This document shows, one piece after another, positions 26,468-36,830 of a stretch of 64,000 nt of DNA. Position 1 is the stretch's first letter. Each line of letters starts with the position of its first letter. Below the pieces are notes generated by a model, which was given only the letters and a program-made list of their open reading frames with translations, did no database searches and had not been told where the DNA came from. Position numbers and translations under genes: made by a program. The stretch is taken from the NCBI GenBank assembly GCA_050247255.1, contig JBFWUM010000001.1:30653-94652 (forward strand). The letters are read 5' to 3'. The DNA is from Vicinamibacterales bacterium (lineage in GTDB: Bacteria > Acidobacteriota > Vicinamibacteria > Vicinamibacterales > UBA2999).

Positions 26468-28690
26468 TCAGCTGGCGACCGGCGCTTCCGCGTAGTAGCT
26501 CTTGTACTGATGCCCGTAGTAGCGCGAGTAGTAGTAGCGGTTCCGCTCGAAATCGACGCGATTGAGGATCGCCCGCACCGCGCGCGGATGCCCCGCCTGC
26601 AGCGTCTCGAGCGCACGCTCGGCCAGGCGCCACCGCGTCATCTCGGCGCCGATGACGAAGGTCACGGCGTCGACCAGCGGCGCCAGGATGACGGCGTCGG
26701 TGACGGCGAGCACCGGCGGCGTGTCGATGATCACCCAGTCGAAGGGGCCGGTCGACAGCTGCTGCAGGAACGCGCGCATGCGGTCGGTCGCCAGCAGTTC
26801 TGACGGGTTCGGGGGCGTCTGGCCGGCGGAGATGACCAGCAGGTTCGGGTCGCCGCACCGCTGCACGACCTCGCGCATGCGGCACTTGCCGGCCAGCAGC
26901 TCGGCCAGCCCCTTGTCGTTGGGCAGGCGGAGCGCGCGGTGCAGGCTCGGGCGCCGCATGTCGGCGTCGATGAGCAGCACGCGGGCGCCGCCAATCGCCA
27001 ATGCCAGGGCAATGTTCGCGGCGGTGGTCGTCTTGCCCTCGAGCGGCTGCGAGCTGGTCATGGCGATGATGCGCGTCTTCTCGCCCTGGGAGGCGGCGAC
27101 CAGCGCCGTGCGCAGCGCGCGGAAGGCCTCGCCGAAGTCGTGCGGGACCGGCCCGGACAGCAGCGGATGCCGATCGCCCTGGACCTTCGGCACCAGGCCG
27201 AGGAACGGCAGCCGCAGCCGCCACGTGACGTCCTCCGGCGTCTTGACCGTGTCGTCGAGGTAGTCGAGCGCGAACGCCGCGCCGATGCCGAGGACGGCCC
27301 CGAACAGCAGCGCCATCATCCACGCCCGGCGCGTGTTCGGCGTGAACGGGAGCCCGGGCACCTCGGCGCGATCGAGCAGGCGGACGTTGTTCGCGCGGCT
27401 GTTGCTGACGACGCGCAGCTCCTTCTCCCGCTGCAGCAGCGACTCGTAGACCTGACGATTGCTCTCGGCCTCGCGCTCGAGCACCGAGTAGTCGATGCTC
27501 TTGCGATTGAGGTCGGTGGCCTGAACCTTCTGCGCTTCCAGATCGGCCGCCAGCTGCCGCTCTTCCTCGAGCGCCTGCTGGTAGTCGGTCTTGATGCCGT
27601 CGACGATGCGGGCGATCTCGGCCTGCAGCTGCCGCTGCGCGTCGGTGAGCTGCAGGTTGATCTTCTGCATCTCGGGATGCTGCGGCAGGTAGCGGTCGGC
27701 CAGCCGCACGCGATCCCGCTCGAGTTCGACGATCCGCGCCTTCAGCTGCTGCACGAAGCCGCTGGCGGCGACCGCGCTCACGTTACCCGGGTCGGTGGCG
27801 TTGATGACCTGGTTGTAGATGGCTTCGCGCTGGATGCGCGCCGTCCGGGCCCGCGCCGCCGCGTCGTTCACCTGGTTCAGCCGGGCAACGATGATGTTCT
27901 GGCGATCCTCGAGCGAGAGCGCGTTCTGGTTCTCCCGGTATTCGGCCAGCATCCGCTCGCTGGCCTGGACGACCTGCTGCTGCTTGGCGACCTCCTGGGT
28001 CAGCCACTCGAGCGTCTTGTCCGAGTTCTGCAGCCGGAACTCGAGGTTCTGCTGCACGTACTCCTCGGCCAGCACGTTGATGGCGCGCGCCGCGAAGTCG
28101 GGATCGGCCGAAACGAACGAGACGTCGACCAGCCGGCTGCCGCGGACCGGTTCCACGGTGACGCGGCCGATGAACGCATCGACGAACGCGTTGTCGTCGG
28201 CCGGCCCGGCCACGGCCGCCGCGGCCGGGGACGCCTCGCCGCGGAACGGCGCGAGGATGCGGCGCTTGACGCCCTCGACGAACCGCGTCACCGCCGGCGG
28301 CTGGACGCCCGTACCGTTGAATTCGGGGACGGTCTCGAGGTTCAGGCGACGCACCACGCGCCGCGCGAGATCGCGGCCGCGCAGGATGCGGTACTGCGTC
28401 TGGTAGTACGGCTCCGGGTCGCTGTAGGCGAGGTACGGATCCTTGAAGTCGGTCTGCGCGGTGTGCTCTTCCTCGATCTGGATGCGCGCCTGCGCCCGGT
28501 ACATCGGGATGGTCGTGTAGGTCTGGTACATCATCCCGGCGATGACGACGACGGCGACGGCGACCGATGCCCTCGAGTGCTTGAGGACAACCGCCAGGCG
28601 ATCGTACAGATGCACGGTCGCGGACGACGCCGCGGCCGCAGGCTTGGCGGCTGGCGGCGGCACGGTGGCGGGCAGCGATGGGTTGGCCAC
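26468..28690 (-). CDS. wzc: Polysaccharide co-polymerase / BY-kinase
   Basis: Two TM helices flanking coiled coil; SSQPLEGKTT, LLIDADMRRP, IIDTPP, C-terminal Tyr cluster; GTG start estimated. Confidence 0.93.
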   Translation of the reverse strand: MANPSLPATVPPPAAKPAAAASSATVHLYDRLAVVLKHSRASVAVAVVVIAGMMYQTYTTIPMYRAQARIQIEEEHTAQTDFKDPYLAYSDPEPYYQTQYRILRGRDLARRVVRRLNLETVPEFNGTGVQPPAVTRFVEGVKRRILAPFRGEASPAAAAVAGPADDNAFVDAFIGRVTVEPVRGSRLVDVSFVSADPDFAARAINVLAEEYVQQNLEFRLQNSDKTLEWLTQEVAKQQQVVQASERMLAEYRENQNALSLEDRQNIIVARLNQVNDAAARARTARIQREAIYNQVINATDPGNVSAVAASGFVQQLKARIVELERDRVRLADRYLPQHPEMQKINLQLTDAQRQLQAEIARIVDGIKTDYQQALEEERQLAADLEAQKVQATDLNRKSIDYSVLEREAESNRQVYESLLQREKELRVVSNSRANNVRLLDRAEVPGLPFTPNTRRAWMMALLFGAVLGIGAAFALDYLDDTVKTPEDVTWRLRLPFLGLVPKVQGDRHPLLSGPVPHDFGEAFRALRTALVAASQGEKTRIIAMTSSQPLEGKTTTAANIALALAIGGARVLLIDADMRRPSLHRALRLPNDKGLAELLAGKCRMREVVQRCGDPNLLVISAGQTPPNPSELLATDRMRAFLQQLSTGPFDWVIIDTPPVLAVTDAVILAPLVDAVTFVIGAEMTRWRLAERALETLQAGHPRAVRAILNRVDFERNRYYYSRYYGHQYKSYYAEAPVAS

Positions 28691-28697
28691 TGTCCGA

Positions 28698-29435
28698 CTA
28701 CCGCTGGGGGCTGACGTTGGCGAGTTGCCGCAGCGTGTCAGCCGTCCGGGTGATGCCATCTTGCGACAGCGGGTTGTTGCCGGCCGTGGGCGATTCTGCC
28801 AGGATGCCGGTGAGCCGTCCGCCGAACGCGGCAGCAGTCGCCAGCGCGTTGGCCGACACGCGCACCGTCGTCTCGCGGACGTCGCCGGCCGCCAGCGCCA
28901 CCATCTCGCTCGCCGCGATGACGCTGCCGTCCGAGCCGATCAATTCCACGACGTAGGCGCTGGCGTCGACATCGATGAAGGTATAGCGCCCTTCCTCGTT
29001 GGCCGTGGCGCGGGCCTCGATGGCGCCCGTGCGGATGTTGCGCAGCAGGACCCGCGCGTACGGAATCGGCGTGTTCAGCGACGTGCGCGCGCGCCCCATC
29101 ACCGCGTTGATCGTGCCGCCAGCCTCGAGCACTTCGAGCGGCAGGAACACCGGCCGCGTCGTGTTGCCCTCGGTGCGGCCGCCGGCGCCGCCCACCACCG
29201 TGCCGTCGGGGCTGCCCGCGAAGCGCGCGCGCCCGGTACCGACGCGCCCGGCGCGGGTGTCGTCGGCGTACTGGTACTGGGTGAACTCGTCGGCTTCCAT
29301 GGCGTACAGCGCTTCAGGCGTGTAGCGCCACACGGATGCTGGCCGGGCGCTCCGGAATTCGGGCCAGCTGACCAGGGCAATAGCCGTCAGCACCAGCGTG
29401 GTCTGAAGGCCAAGACGGGCTCGAGACATCCCCAT
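28698..29435 (-). CDS. Secreted protein with carboxypeptidase-regulatory-like (Ig-like) domain
   Basis: N-terminal hydrophobic segment; PIPYARVLLRN..ANEEGRYTF..YVVEL. Confidence 0.65.
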   Translation of the reverse strand: MGMSRARLGLQTTLVLTAIALVSWPEFRSARPASVWRYTPEALYAMEADEFTQYQYADDTRAGRVGTGRARFAGSPDGTVVGGAGGRTEGNTTRPVFLPLEVLEAGGTINAVMGRARTSLNTPIPYARVLLRNIRTGAIEARATANEEGRYTFIDVDASAYVVELIGSDGSVIAASEMVALAAGDVRETTVRVSANALATAAAFGGRLTGILAESPTAGNNPLSQDGITRTADTLRQLANVSPQR

Positions 29436-29523
29436 TCTCAGTTCTGCAGATCGTATCGGACGACCCGCGGTCGAGCAATATCTTTATTAAGACTCAACAT
29501 GACAGTAACGTTATGTATAAGAC

Positions 29524-29562
29524 ATTGTGATCGAGTCCTGGGACTTTGTCAAGGACTCGATC
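29524..29562 (-). promoter_or_regulatory. Putative sigma70 promoter (TTGACA-N17-CACAAT) overlapped by 11-bp inverted repeat
   Basis: Minus-strand TTGACA 29552-29547, CACAAT 29529-29524; GATCGAGTCCT 29529-29539 / AGGACTCGATC 29552-29562. Confidence 0.6.
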
Positions 29563-29592
29563 TTCTCAATGGATTCAAGCGTTTGGCGCGAC

Positions 29593-31287
29593 CTACCGGC
29601 CGGTGGCGAGCGTCGCCCAGTCGACGATCGAGGCGGCGGCCTGGTCAGCACGAAGCAGGCCAGCGAGAATCGCCATGTCCTCTGTGGTCTGACGCACGGA
29701 GAAATCGATCAGCCGGTCGACGCGGATTACAGTTTGCGGTGTCGTGAAGCTGAATCCGTCATCACGCCGCTCGGCGCGGACGATTTCGTCCTGGCGCATG
29801 AACAGCAGTGACCGGCCGTTGTCCCGCCACTGCGGGCGCTGTCCGCCGGCGAACGAGACGCGCACGCGCGCGCCGGTCGGCGGGAACGGCTCGACATACA
29901 CGTTGGCCGCGCCTCCTTCGTCGGATACATAGGCGAACGCGTCGCCGCGCGGCGCCCAGGCGGCATCCCATTCATTGAAGCCGCCGCTCGTGAGCTGGCG
30001 GGGCTCGCCGGTGGCGAGGTCCAGCATCCAGATGTCGCGGCGGCCGTTCGCGCCGCGCGCGCTGAGCAGCACCTGGTCCGCCCGCCAGTCTGTCGGCGTT
30101 GCTCCTACAAGCGGCGTATCCACCAGCCGCTCCTGCGCCTCGGTCGGCGACACGCGGCGCGACAGCAGCCTCGCGTTCCCGGCGCTGTCCGAACGGAACA
30201 GCAGTTCGCCGCCGCGCGGCGCCCACACCGGGTCGCTGTCGGCGCCGAGGGACAGGCTGACCCGCCGCGCGTCGGCGGGTGAGGAAAGCGGCACCGCGAA
30301 TACATCCAGGGTGCGCAGCAGCGGATCGAACGCGGTGAGCGCGGCGTAGTCGCCCTGCGGGGAAACCCGGACCTGCCAGAGATCGCCGGGCTCGACGATG
30401 GTCCCGCGCCGGACGCCGGCCGTATCAACCCAGTAGAGCTCCTGGTTCCCCGCGTGGGGCAGGCCGGCCAGGATGACGCGGGCACTGGCGGCGAACGCCG
30501 TGCGCCCTTGACTCTCGCCGACGCCGGGCAGGAGCGGCACGGCACGTCCTGCCGGCGCGCCGCGTTCGCGGTCGATGCGCTGCGCCAGCAGCACGCCGTC
30601 GCGCGAGAAGACCAGCGAGTCGCCGACGAGTTGGCCGTGGCCCGAGGCGCGGCCCAGTTCGACGTCCATGTCGTGGCGACGCCAGCGGATGACATGTCGG
30701 CCGTCTTCGCGCAGCGCCAGGTACGTGAACCCGTCATCGGCGACGGCGGGCCAGACGTGGGCGCGATCCCCGTCGCGCAAGCGGGTCGCATCGCTGCGCG
30801 CCCCGTTCTGCAGGCGGACAAGCGGGCCGTTGCCTGTCGGCGCGAAGACGAGGGACCCGTCAGTGAGCCAGGCAAGGCCCGCCGGTGTCGGCGCCGCCAC
30901 GAGGTCGCGCCGCTCGAAATTGGACAGGGCCACCTGCCGGATGACGCCGCCTGCGGCGAACGCGATCACGCCTCCGCTCGCCTTCCACGCAGGATGCGCG
31001 GCGCCTTCGGTGCCGGGAATGCGCTCGGCGCGGCCATCGAGGGGCTGTTGCCAGAGCGTGACCCGGCCATCGCTGACGGCGGCGAACACCACGGTACGCC
31101 CATCCGGTGACAAGGCGGCATCGAGCGTCGCGGCGCCGATCGTCAGGCTGGCGCCTGGCGGCGCGAGGAACGAGGCGCGAACCGCGGGCGGTGCCGGCGG
31201 CGGCTGTTCGCGCAGGTGCCGCACGGCCGGGACTGCGGCGAGCACGAACAGCGCGACGAGCAGTGCGGTGGCGGCGCGCCAGATCAT
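29593..31287 (-). CDS. Membrane-anchored TolB/PD40-type beta-propeller protein
   Basis: N-terminal TM; ALSPDGRTVVF, SDPVWAPRG, AAWAPRGDAFAYVSDE, PQWRDNGRSLLF repeats. Confidence 0.8.
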   Translation of the reverse strand: MIWRAATALLVALFVLAAVPAVRHLREQPPPAPPAVRASFLAPPGASLTIGAATLDAALSPDGRTVVFAAVSDGRVTLWQQPLDGRAERIPGTEGAAHPAWKASGGVIAFAAGGVIRQVALSNFERRDLVAAPTPAGLAWLTDGSLVFAPTGNGPLVRLQNGARSDATRLRDGDRAHVWPAVADDGFTYLALREDGRHVIRWRRHDMDVELGRASGHGQLVGDSLVFSRDGVLLAQRIDRERGAPAGRAVPLLPGVGESQGRTAFAASARVILAGLPHAGNQELYWVDTAGVRRGTIVEPGDLWQVRVSPQGDYAALTAFDPLLRTLDVFAVPLSSPADARRVSLSLGADSDPVWAPRGGELLFRSDSAGNARLLSRRVSPTEAQERLVDTPLVGATPTDWRADQVLLSARGANGRRDIWMLDLATGEPRQLTSGGFNEWDAAWAPRGDAFAYVSDEGGAANVYVEPFPPTGARVRVSFAGGQRPQWRDNGRSLLFMRQDEIVRAERRDDGFSFTTPQTVIRVDRLIDFSVRQTTEDMAILAGLLRADQAAASIVDWATLATGR

Positions 31288-32633
31288 CGGGACACCACGG
31301 CAACTGTCTCGATGTGGGCGGTGTGCGGAAACATGTCCACCGGCTGCAGCGACCGGATGCGATAGCCGCGCGCGACGATGCGAGCCAGGTCGGTGGCCAG
31401 CGCCTCCGGATTGCAGGACACGTAGGCCGCGACGCGCGGACGGAGGCCGCCGAAGACCGCGTCGATCACCGTCGTCGTGCAGCCGTCGCGCGGCGGGTCG
31501 AGGACCACCGCGTCGGCAACGGTCCCGGTTGCGATGGCGTCTTCCGCGCGCCGGGCGACAAATCGGCAGGCCTGCGCGTCGATGCCATTGAGGCGCGCGG
31601 CGGCGATGCCCGCAGCCACGGCGTCGCGGTTCTCCTCGACCGCCGTCACCGTGCAGCCCTGGCGCGCCAGCGGCAGGGCGAAGAGGCCGGCTCCCGCATA
31701 CAGATCGAGAACGCGGGCGCCGCGCGGGATCGACTCCAGGACGAGCGCCACCAGGCGCTCCGCCGCCGCCACGTTGGTCTGGAAGAACGCGGTCGGCGCG
31801 ATCAGGAACGAGGTGCCGTCGATCGCTTCGCGCAGCCGTTCCGTCCCCTGCAGCCGCCGTGTGTCGCGCCCGAAGATGTAGGGGCTGGCGGTCGGCTGCA
31901 CGTTGAGGTGGAATGCGACATCCTGGCGATCGGCCATCGTCGCCCGCGTGGCGGCGCGCAGCCTGGCGTCCCCGGTGTGCGCCGCGACGATGGTGGCGAG
32001 CATCTCGTCGCTGCGCAGGGCGACGCGGACGGCGACAGCGCGAAGGGTGCCGCCCCTGCGGTTGTCCGCCGCGGCGACGCGCCGGCGCTCGAGTGCCGCC
32101 TGCAGCTGGAACGCGAGCGCGTTGCCCCGCTCATCGTGCACCGGGCACTCGTCGACGGGCACGATCCGGCGCGAGCCGCGGACGTAGTGTCCCATCACCA
32201 GGGCGCCGTCACCGCCGGTACCGAACACGAAGTGCACCTTCTGCCGGTATCCCCACGGGTCGTCGATCGGCGTCGCCGGCAACGTCGGACGCGCCGCCGG
32301 GGCGCCTCGCACCGCCTCCCGGACGAGGCGGTCGACGATCCCGGTCTTCAGCCGCAGCTGCTCCGCGTAGGCGATGTGCTGCCACGCGCAGCCGCCGCAG
32401 GGACCAACGCCCGGCACCGCCGCGGGCCCGAAATGGCGGCACTTCGGCGTGACACGGTGAGGAGATGGACGCAGGACCGCCAGCAGCCGGGCCGTCCGGC
32501 CGTGCGGCGCCGGTCGCACCCGGACGCGTTCGCCTGGAATCGTGAACGGTACGAGCCACGTGCGGCCACCATCAACGCCCAGTCCGTCCCCGGCCGGTGA
32601 GAGCGCCTCGATGTCGAGGTCGACGTCGGCCAC
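31284..32633 (-). CDS. rlmD: 23S rRNA m5U methyltransferase (RlmD/TrmA family)
   Basis: TRAM-like N-terminus, CGGCAWQH Fe-S motif, FFQTN, LDLYAGAG, LDPPR, YVSCNP, DMFPHTAHIE. Confidence 0.9.
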   Translation of the reverse strand: MADVDLDIEALSPAGDGLGVDGGRTWLVPFTIPGERVRVRPAPHGRTARLLAVLRPSPHRVTPKCRHFGPAAVPGVGPCGGCAWQHIAYAEQLRLKTGIVDRLVREAVRGAPAARPTLPATPIDDPWGYRQKVHFVFGTGGDGALVMGHYVRGSRRIVPVDECPVHDERGNALAFQLQAALERRRVAAADNRRGGTLRAVAVRVALRSDEMLATIVAAHTGDARLRAATRATMADRQDVAFHLNVQPTASPYIFGRDTRRLQGTERLREAIDGTSFLIAPTAFFQTNVAAAERLVALVLESIPRGARVLDLYAGAGLFALPLARQGCTVTAVEENRDAVAAGIAAARLNGIDAQACRFVARRAEDAIATGTVADAVVLDPPRDGCTTTVIDAVFGGLRPRVAAYVSCNPEALATDLARIVARGYRIRSLQPVDMFPHTAHIETVAVVSR

Positions 32634-32639
32634 GCGCCG

Positions 32640-32996
32640 CTACTTGGTATCGAGCAACTCGACGTCGAAGACGAGCACGGCATTGGGCGGAATGACACCG
32701 CCTGCACCACGCTGCCCGTAGGCCATCGCCGCCGGAATGGTCAGGGTGCGCTGTCCGCCGACGCGCATGCCCGCGACCCCTTCATCCCAGCCGCGGATGA
32801 CCTCGCCGGCGCCGAGCCGGAATGTGAACGGTTCGTTGCGATCGCGCGAGCTGTCGAACTTGCGTCCCTTGCGATCCTCCCGCGTCTCGTCGAACAGCCA
32901 GCCGGTGTAGTGCACGGTGACGCGCTGCCCGGCCTTGGCTTCGGCGCCGGTCCCGGCCGTGTCGTCGTGGGTGAGTAGCTGCGTGATGTTCGACAT
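32640..32996 (-). CDS. FKBP-type peptidyl-prolyl isomerase
   Basis: [43 protein letters not shown]; ATG at 32996. Confidence 0.95.
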   Translation of the reverse strand: MSNITQLLTHDDTAGTGAEAKAGQRVTVHYTGWLFDETREDRKGRKFDSSRDRNEPFTFRLGAGEVIRGWDEGVAGMRVGGQRTLTIPAAMAYGQRGAGGVIPPNAVLVFDVELLDTK

Positions 32997-33002
32997 CTGC
33001 GG

Positions 33003-33043
33003 ATTATACGCGCGCCCAGGCGGCTCGACCCGCACAGTACAAT
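33003..33043. promoter_or_regulatory. Back-to-back -10 boxes for FKBP (minus, TATAAT) and sppA (plus, TACAAT)
   Basis: attata 33003-33008; tacaat 33038-33043; GGAGG 33056-33060 before GTG 33067. Confidence 0.5.
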
Positions 33044-33066
33044 CGCAGGCGGACGGGAGGCAGGCA

Positions 33067-34833
33067 GTGGCTCGCACGGGTGTTCGGTTCGTCTTCGTCA
33101 TCGTCGGCCTGGCCGCGTTCATGGCGGTCTGCGGCGCGATCCTGCTGGCCGTGCTGTTCGCGCGCGGCCCCTCAGTCCCCGACGGCTCGATGCTCGTACT
33201 CGAGGTTGGCGGCGAGGTCGAGGAAGTGCCGCCGGACGACGTGGTCGAGCAGTTCCTCAACCGCGACGCCGCGACGGTGCGCGGCCTCGTCGAGACGCTG
33301 CGCAAGGCGCAGCGGGACCCGCGCATCGCCGGCGTGCTGCTGCGCCCCACGCCGCTGGCCTCGCCTTACTGGGGGAAGGTGCAGGAACTGCGCGACGCGG
33401 TGCTGGCGTTCCGGCGATCCGGGAAGCCGGTGGTCGCGTTCCTCGAGTACGGCAGCGATCGCGAGTATTACCTGGCCAGCGCCGCCGACCGCATCGTCCT
33501 CGTGCCGACCAGTCCGCTGGACGTCACCGGCGTCGCCTCCTACGAGGTGTTCCTGCGCGGCGCGCTCGACAAGGTTGGCGCGTACCCCGACTTCCTTCAC
33601 GTCGGCGAGTACAAGACAGCCGTCAACCAGTTCACCGAGACCGGCTTCACCCCCGAGCACCGGGAAATGACCGAATCGCTCAACCGCGACATGTATGCGC
33701 AGCTGGTGCGCGGCATTGCGGAGGGGAGGGGCAAGGACGCCGCGGAGGTGCAGGCGCTGATCGATCAGGGGCCGTTCACGCCGCAGGAGGCGCTCGAACA
33801 CGGGTTCGTCGACGCCCTGGCCTACGACGATCAGGTCGACGACCGCATGCGCGAGTGGCGGATCGGCGGCGCCGGCGAGTTGCCGCGCCTCGACGGCCGC
33901 GACTACCGGCGCGTCGGCCCGCGGTCGGTCGGCATCGAGCCGCGCTCGCGGATCGCGGTGCTCTACGCCGTCGGCACGATCGTCTCGGGCCGCAGCGCCT
34001 TCGACCCGGTCAACGGCCCGCTCGTCGGGTCCGATACCCTCGTCGAGCAGATCCGGCGCGTGCGCGAGGACGACGCGGTGCGGGCGATCGTGCTGCGGGT
34101 CGACAGCCCGGGCGGCTCGTCGGTCGCCTCCGACGTGATCTGGCGCGAGCTGGCGATTACGCGCGCTGATTCGGGGCGGCCGCTGGTGGCCTCGATGGGC
34201 GACCTTGCCGCGTCCGGCGGCTACTACATCAGCATGGCCGCGCAGGAGATCGTCGCGCAGCCGGCGACGCTCACCGGATCGATTGGCGTCTTCATGGGCA
34301 AGATCGTCCTCGGCGGCACGGCCGGCAAGCTGGGGGTCGCGACCGGCACGGTGACCGCCGGCGCCAACGCCGATATCTACTCGCCGTTCACGCCGTTCAC
34401 CGATGCCCAGCGCGCGCAGCTCGGCGAATACATGCAGGGGTTCTACGACACGTTCGTCGCCAAGGCGGCGGAGGCGCGCGGGACCACCCCGGCAGCGATT
34501 CACGAGGTGGCGCAGGGCCGGGTGTGGACGGGTATCCAGGGGAAGGACCACGGCCTGGTGGATGCGCTCGGCGGGCTCGATACCGCTGTGGCGCGCGCCA
34601 AGGCGCTGGCCGGCATTCCCGCCGATGAGGAAGTGGAGCTGGTTGCCTACCCGCCGCGGCGCAGCTTCTACGAGGCGCTCACTGCGTCGCTCGGCGGTGC
34701 GACCGTGTCCGCGCGGATGTGGCGCGGCCTGCTCGGCGCGGACGGGCAGGCGCTGGCCGCAGCCTCGCTGCCGGCGCGTCTGTTCCGCCGCGGTGAGCCG
34801 CTGGCGCTGATGCCGTTCGCCCTGGTCCGATAG
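33067..34833 (+). CDS. sppA: Signal peptide peptidase A, 67K type
   Basis: [47 protein letters not shown]. Confidence 0.95.
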   Translation: MARTGVRFVFVIVGLAAFMAVCGAILLAVLFARGPSVPDGSMLVLEVGGEVEEVPPDDVVEQFLNRDAATVRGLVETLRKAQRDPRIAGVLLRPTPLASPYWGKVQELRDAVLAFRRSGKPVVAFLEYGSDREYYLASAADRIVLVPTSPLDVTGVASYEVFLRGALDKVGAYPDFLHVGEYKTAVNQFTETGFTPEHREMTESLNRDMYAQLVRGIAEGRGKDAAEVQALIDQGPFTPQEALEHGFVDALAYDDQVDDRMREWRIGGAGELPRLDGRDYRRVGPRSVGIEPRSRIAVLYAVGTIVSGRSAFDPVNGPLVGSDTLVEQIRRVREDDAVRAIVLRVDSPGGSSVASDVIWRELAITRADSGRPLVASMGDLAASGGYYISMAAQEIVAQPATLTGSIGVFMGKIVLGGTAGKLGVATGTVTAGANADIYSPFTPFTDAQRAQLGEYMQGFYDTFVAKAAEARGTTPAAIHEVAQGRVWTGIQGKDHGLVDALGGLDTAVARAKALAGIPADEEVELVAYPPRRSFYEALTASLGGATVSARMWRGLLGADGQALAAASLPARLFRRGEPLALMPFALVR

Positions 34834-34845
34834 TTGGACAGCGCG

Positions 34846-35496
34846 TCACCGCCCGCGGTGGTCCAACCGCCTCGCCAGCCGCTCGTGCAGTGTCGGCCCC
34901 GAGTAGAACCAGCCGGCGTACGCCACCCGCTGAACCGTCCCGGTCACCGGCAGCACCCGGTGCTGGATATCGTCGCCAAGCCGGAAGATGACGCAATCGC
35001 CGCGACCGGTGTTCGTGACCGCGGCCAGAGCCGCCCGGCTCGCCGTATCGCGCAGTTCGAGCGTGCCGCCGCTGAATGGCTCCGGGGTGAGGTTGATGCT
35101 CACGCCGAGCTGACGTCCCAGCTCGTAGTCCTTGTGCCAGGCATGTCCCTCGTCGGTCCCCGGGGTCAGGCGATAGACGCGGCCATGAAACCAGCTCACC
35201 GTCCGGCCGGTGAGCGCTGACACCTTCTCGAGCAGCACGGGGCTGTTCATCAGGAAGTCGAGCAGCCAGACGGCGGCGTTGTCCTCCATCTTCGCTTCGT
35301 GCCCCGACTGCTCGTGCACGAAGTCGGCGAACACCCCGCGCTCGACGTCGCCGGCGATGTCCGCATACAAATCAGGGTGGAGAAACCGGGGCAGGAGGAG
35401 GCAGTGGCGCTGCTGCCACTCGCGCAGCAGCGCGGCGTGCTCCGCCGCGCTGGCGCTGAGAACGGGTCCCGACCGCGTCAGGACGATCGGTGACAC
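34846..35496 (-). CDS. 2OG-Fe(II) oxygenase
   Basis: HAWHKD, FSGGTL, HRVLPV, RVAYAGW. Confidence 0.8.
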   Translation of the reverse strand: MSPIVLTRSGPVLSASAAEHAALLREWQQRHCLLLPRFLHPDLYADIAGDVERGVFADFVHEQSGHEAKMEDNAAVWLLDFLMNSPVLLEKVSALTGRTVSWFHGRVYRLTPGTDEGHAWHKDYELGRQLGVSINLTPEPFSGGTLELRDTASRAALAAVTNTGRGDCVIFRLGDDIQHRVLPVTGTVQRVAYAGWFYSGPTLHERLARRLDHRGR

Positions 35497-36822
35497 TTAT
35501 GCGCCGATGGCGCGGCGGACGACCTCGTCGTTGATTTCGATCCGCATGTTCGCCTTCGCCTTGGTCATGTAGGCGCTGAAGAAACGGTTCTTGCGCTCGG
35601 CCAGCAGTTCCTCGCGGAACTGGTCGCGCGCCTGACGGAATTCCTCCGGCGTCACGTCGTCGCGCTCGGTGACGCGGACGATATAGGTGCCGTCCGAGGT
35701 GGTGATCGGGTCGCTGACGCCGCCAACCGGCAGCGCGAACGCGGCGCGATCGATTTCCTGGCTGACGCCGACGTCCGGCAGCGCCGATTCACGCGGCACC
35801 AGCTCGGTGGTCTTCGCCTCGAACCCCTGCGCCTTGGCGGCTGCGGCGAAGTCGCGCGCGCTGCGCAGCCCGGCGGCGATCTCGCCGCCGCGCGTCCGGC
35901 TCATCTCGGTGGCCTTGGTGCGCAGCACGTCCTCGCGCACCCGGTCGCGCACTTCGTCGAGCTCCGGCACGTACGGATCGCGCTTGGCGGTCACGGTGAA
36001 GTAGACCGGTCCGCGCGGGGTGGTCACCGCGTCGGTGACGGTGTTGTCGGCCAGGGTGAATGCTGCGCTCGCCACCTGCGGCGCCGGGCCGAGCCCGGGC
36101 ACCGGGTCCTCGCGGGCGAAGAAGCCCGACTCGGTCACCGTCAGCCCGCGCTCGCGCGCGACGGCGTCGAGGTCCGACGGATCGTCGATGCGCGTGTTGA
36201 GCTGCGTCGTCTGGTCGGCGATCTGCTGGTCGACACGCTGCCAGGCGAGCTGGTCTTCGATCTGCGCCCGCACCTCGTCCAGCGTCCGCGTCACCGCCGG
36301 CCGCTTGTCGGCGACCTTGATGATGTGGAAGCCGAACTGCGACTGCACGAGGTCGCTCACCTGGCCGGGCTCCATCGCGAACGCGGCGTTCTCGAACTCG
36401 GCGACCATCTGGCCGCGGCCGAAGTAATCGAGGTCGCCGCCGTTGACCTTCGACGCCTCGTCCTCGGAGTACTGGCGGGCGAGCGCGGCGAAGTCGGCGT
36501 TCGGCGCCTTCGCCTGCGCCAGGATCCCTTCGGCCCGGGCGCGGACCTCCGCCTCGTTCTTGCCGGCGGTCGACAGCAGGATGTGGCTGGCGCGCACCTG
36601 TTCTGGCGTCTGGTACTGCTGGATGTTCTGGTTGTAGTAGGCCTGCACGTCGGCCGGCGTCACCTGGGTGCGCTGGCGCAGCGCGTCGCGGTCGAGCAGG
36701 AGGTACTTGATCCGGCGCTGCTCGCCGCGGCGGTATTCGGCCTTGTGCGCGTCGTAGTACGTCGCGATGTCCTGATCGCTGGCGGTGACCTTGTCGCGGA
36801 ACTGTGCGGCGGTCAGCGCCAC
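35497..36822 (-). pseudogene. 5'-truncated PpiD/SurA-like parvulin chaperone
   Basis: VRASHIL, FAALARQYSED, GGDLDYF, FGFHIIKV; recognisable sequence starts abruptly at VALTAAQFRDK with no membrane anchor or SurA_N region. Confidence 0.8.
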
Positions 36823-36830
36823 CGGCCGGT
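36815..36830. other. Junction between repeat units
   Basis: Two divergent genes, both lacking 5' ends, abut with no intergenic DNA; palindrome ACCGGCCGGT at 36821-36830. Confidence 0.75.

Noticed and set aside
34846-35496. GHAW motif as a possible B2 peptidase signature
   Set aside because: Part of the HxD...H...R 2OG-Fe(II) oxygenase motif set; no upstream catalytic Cys motif
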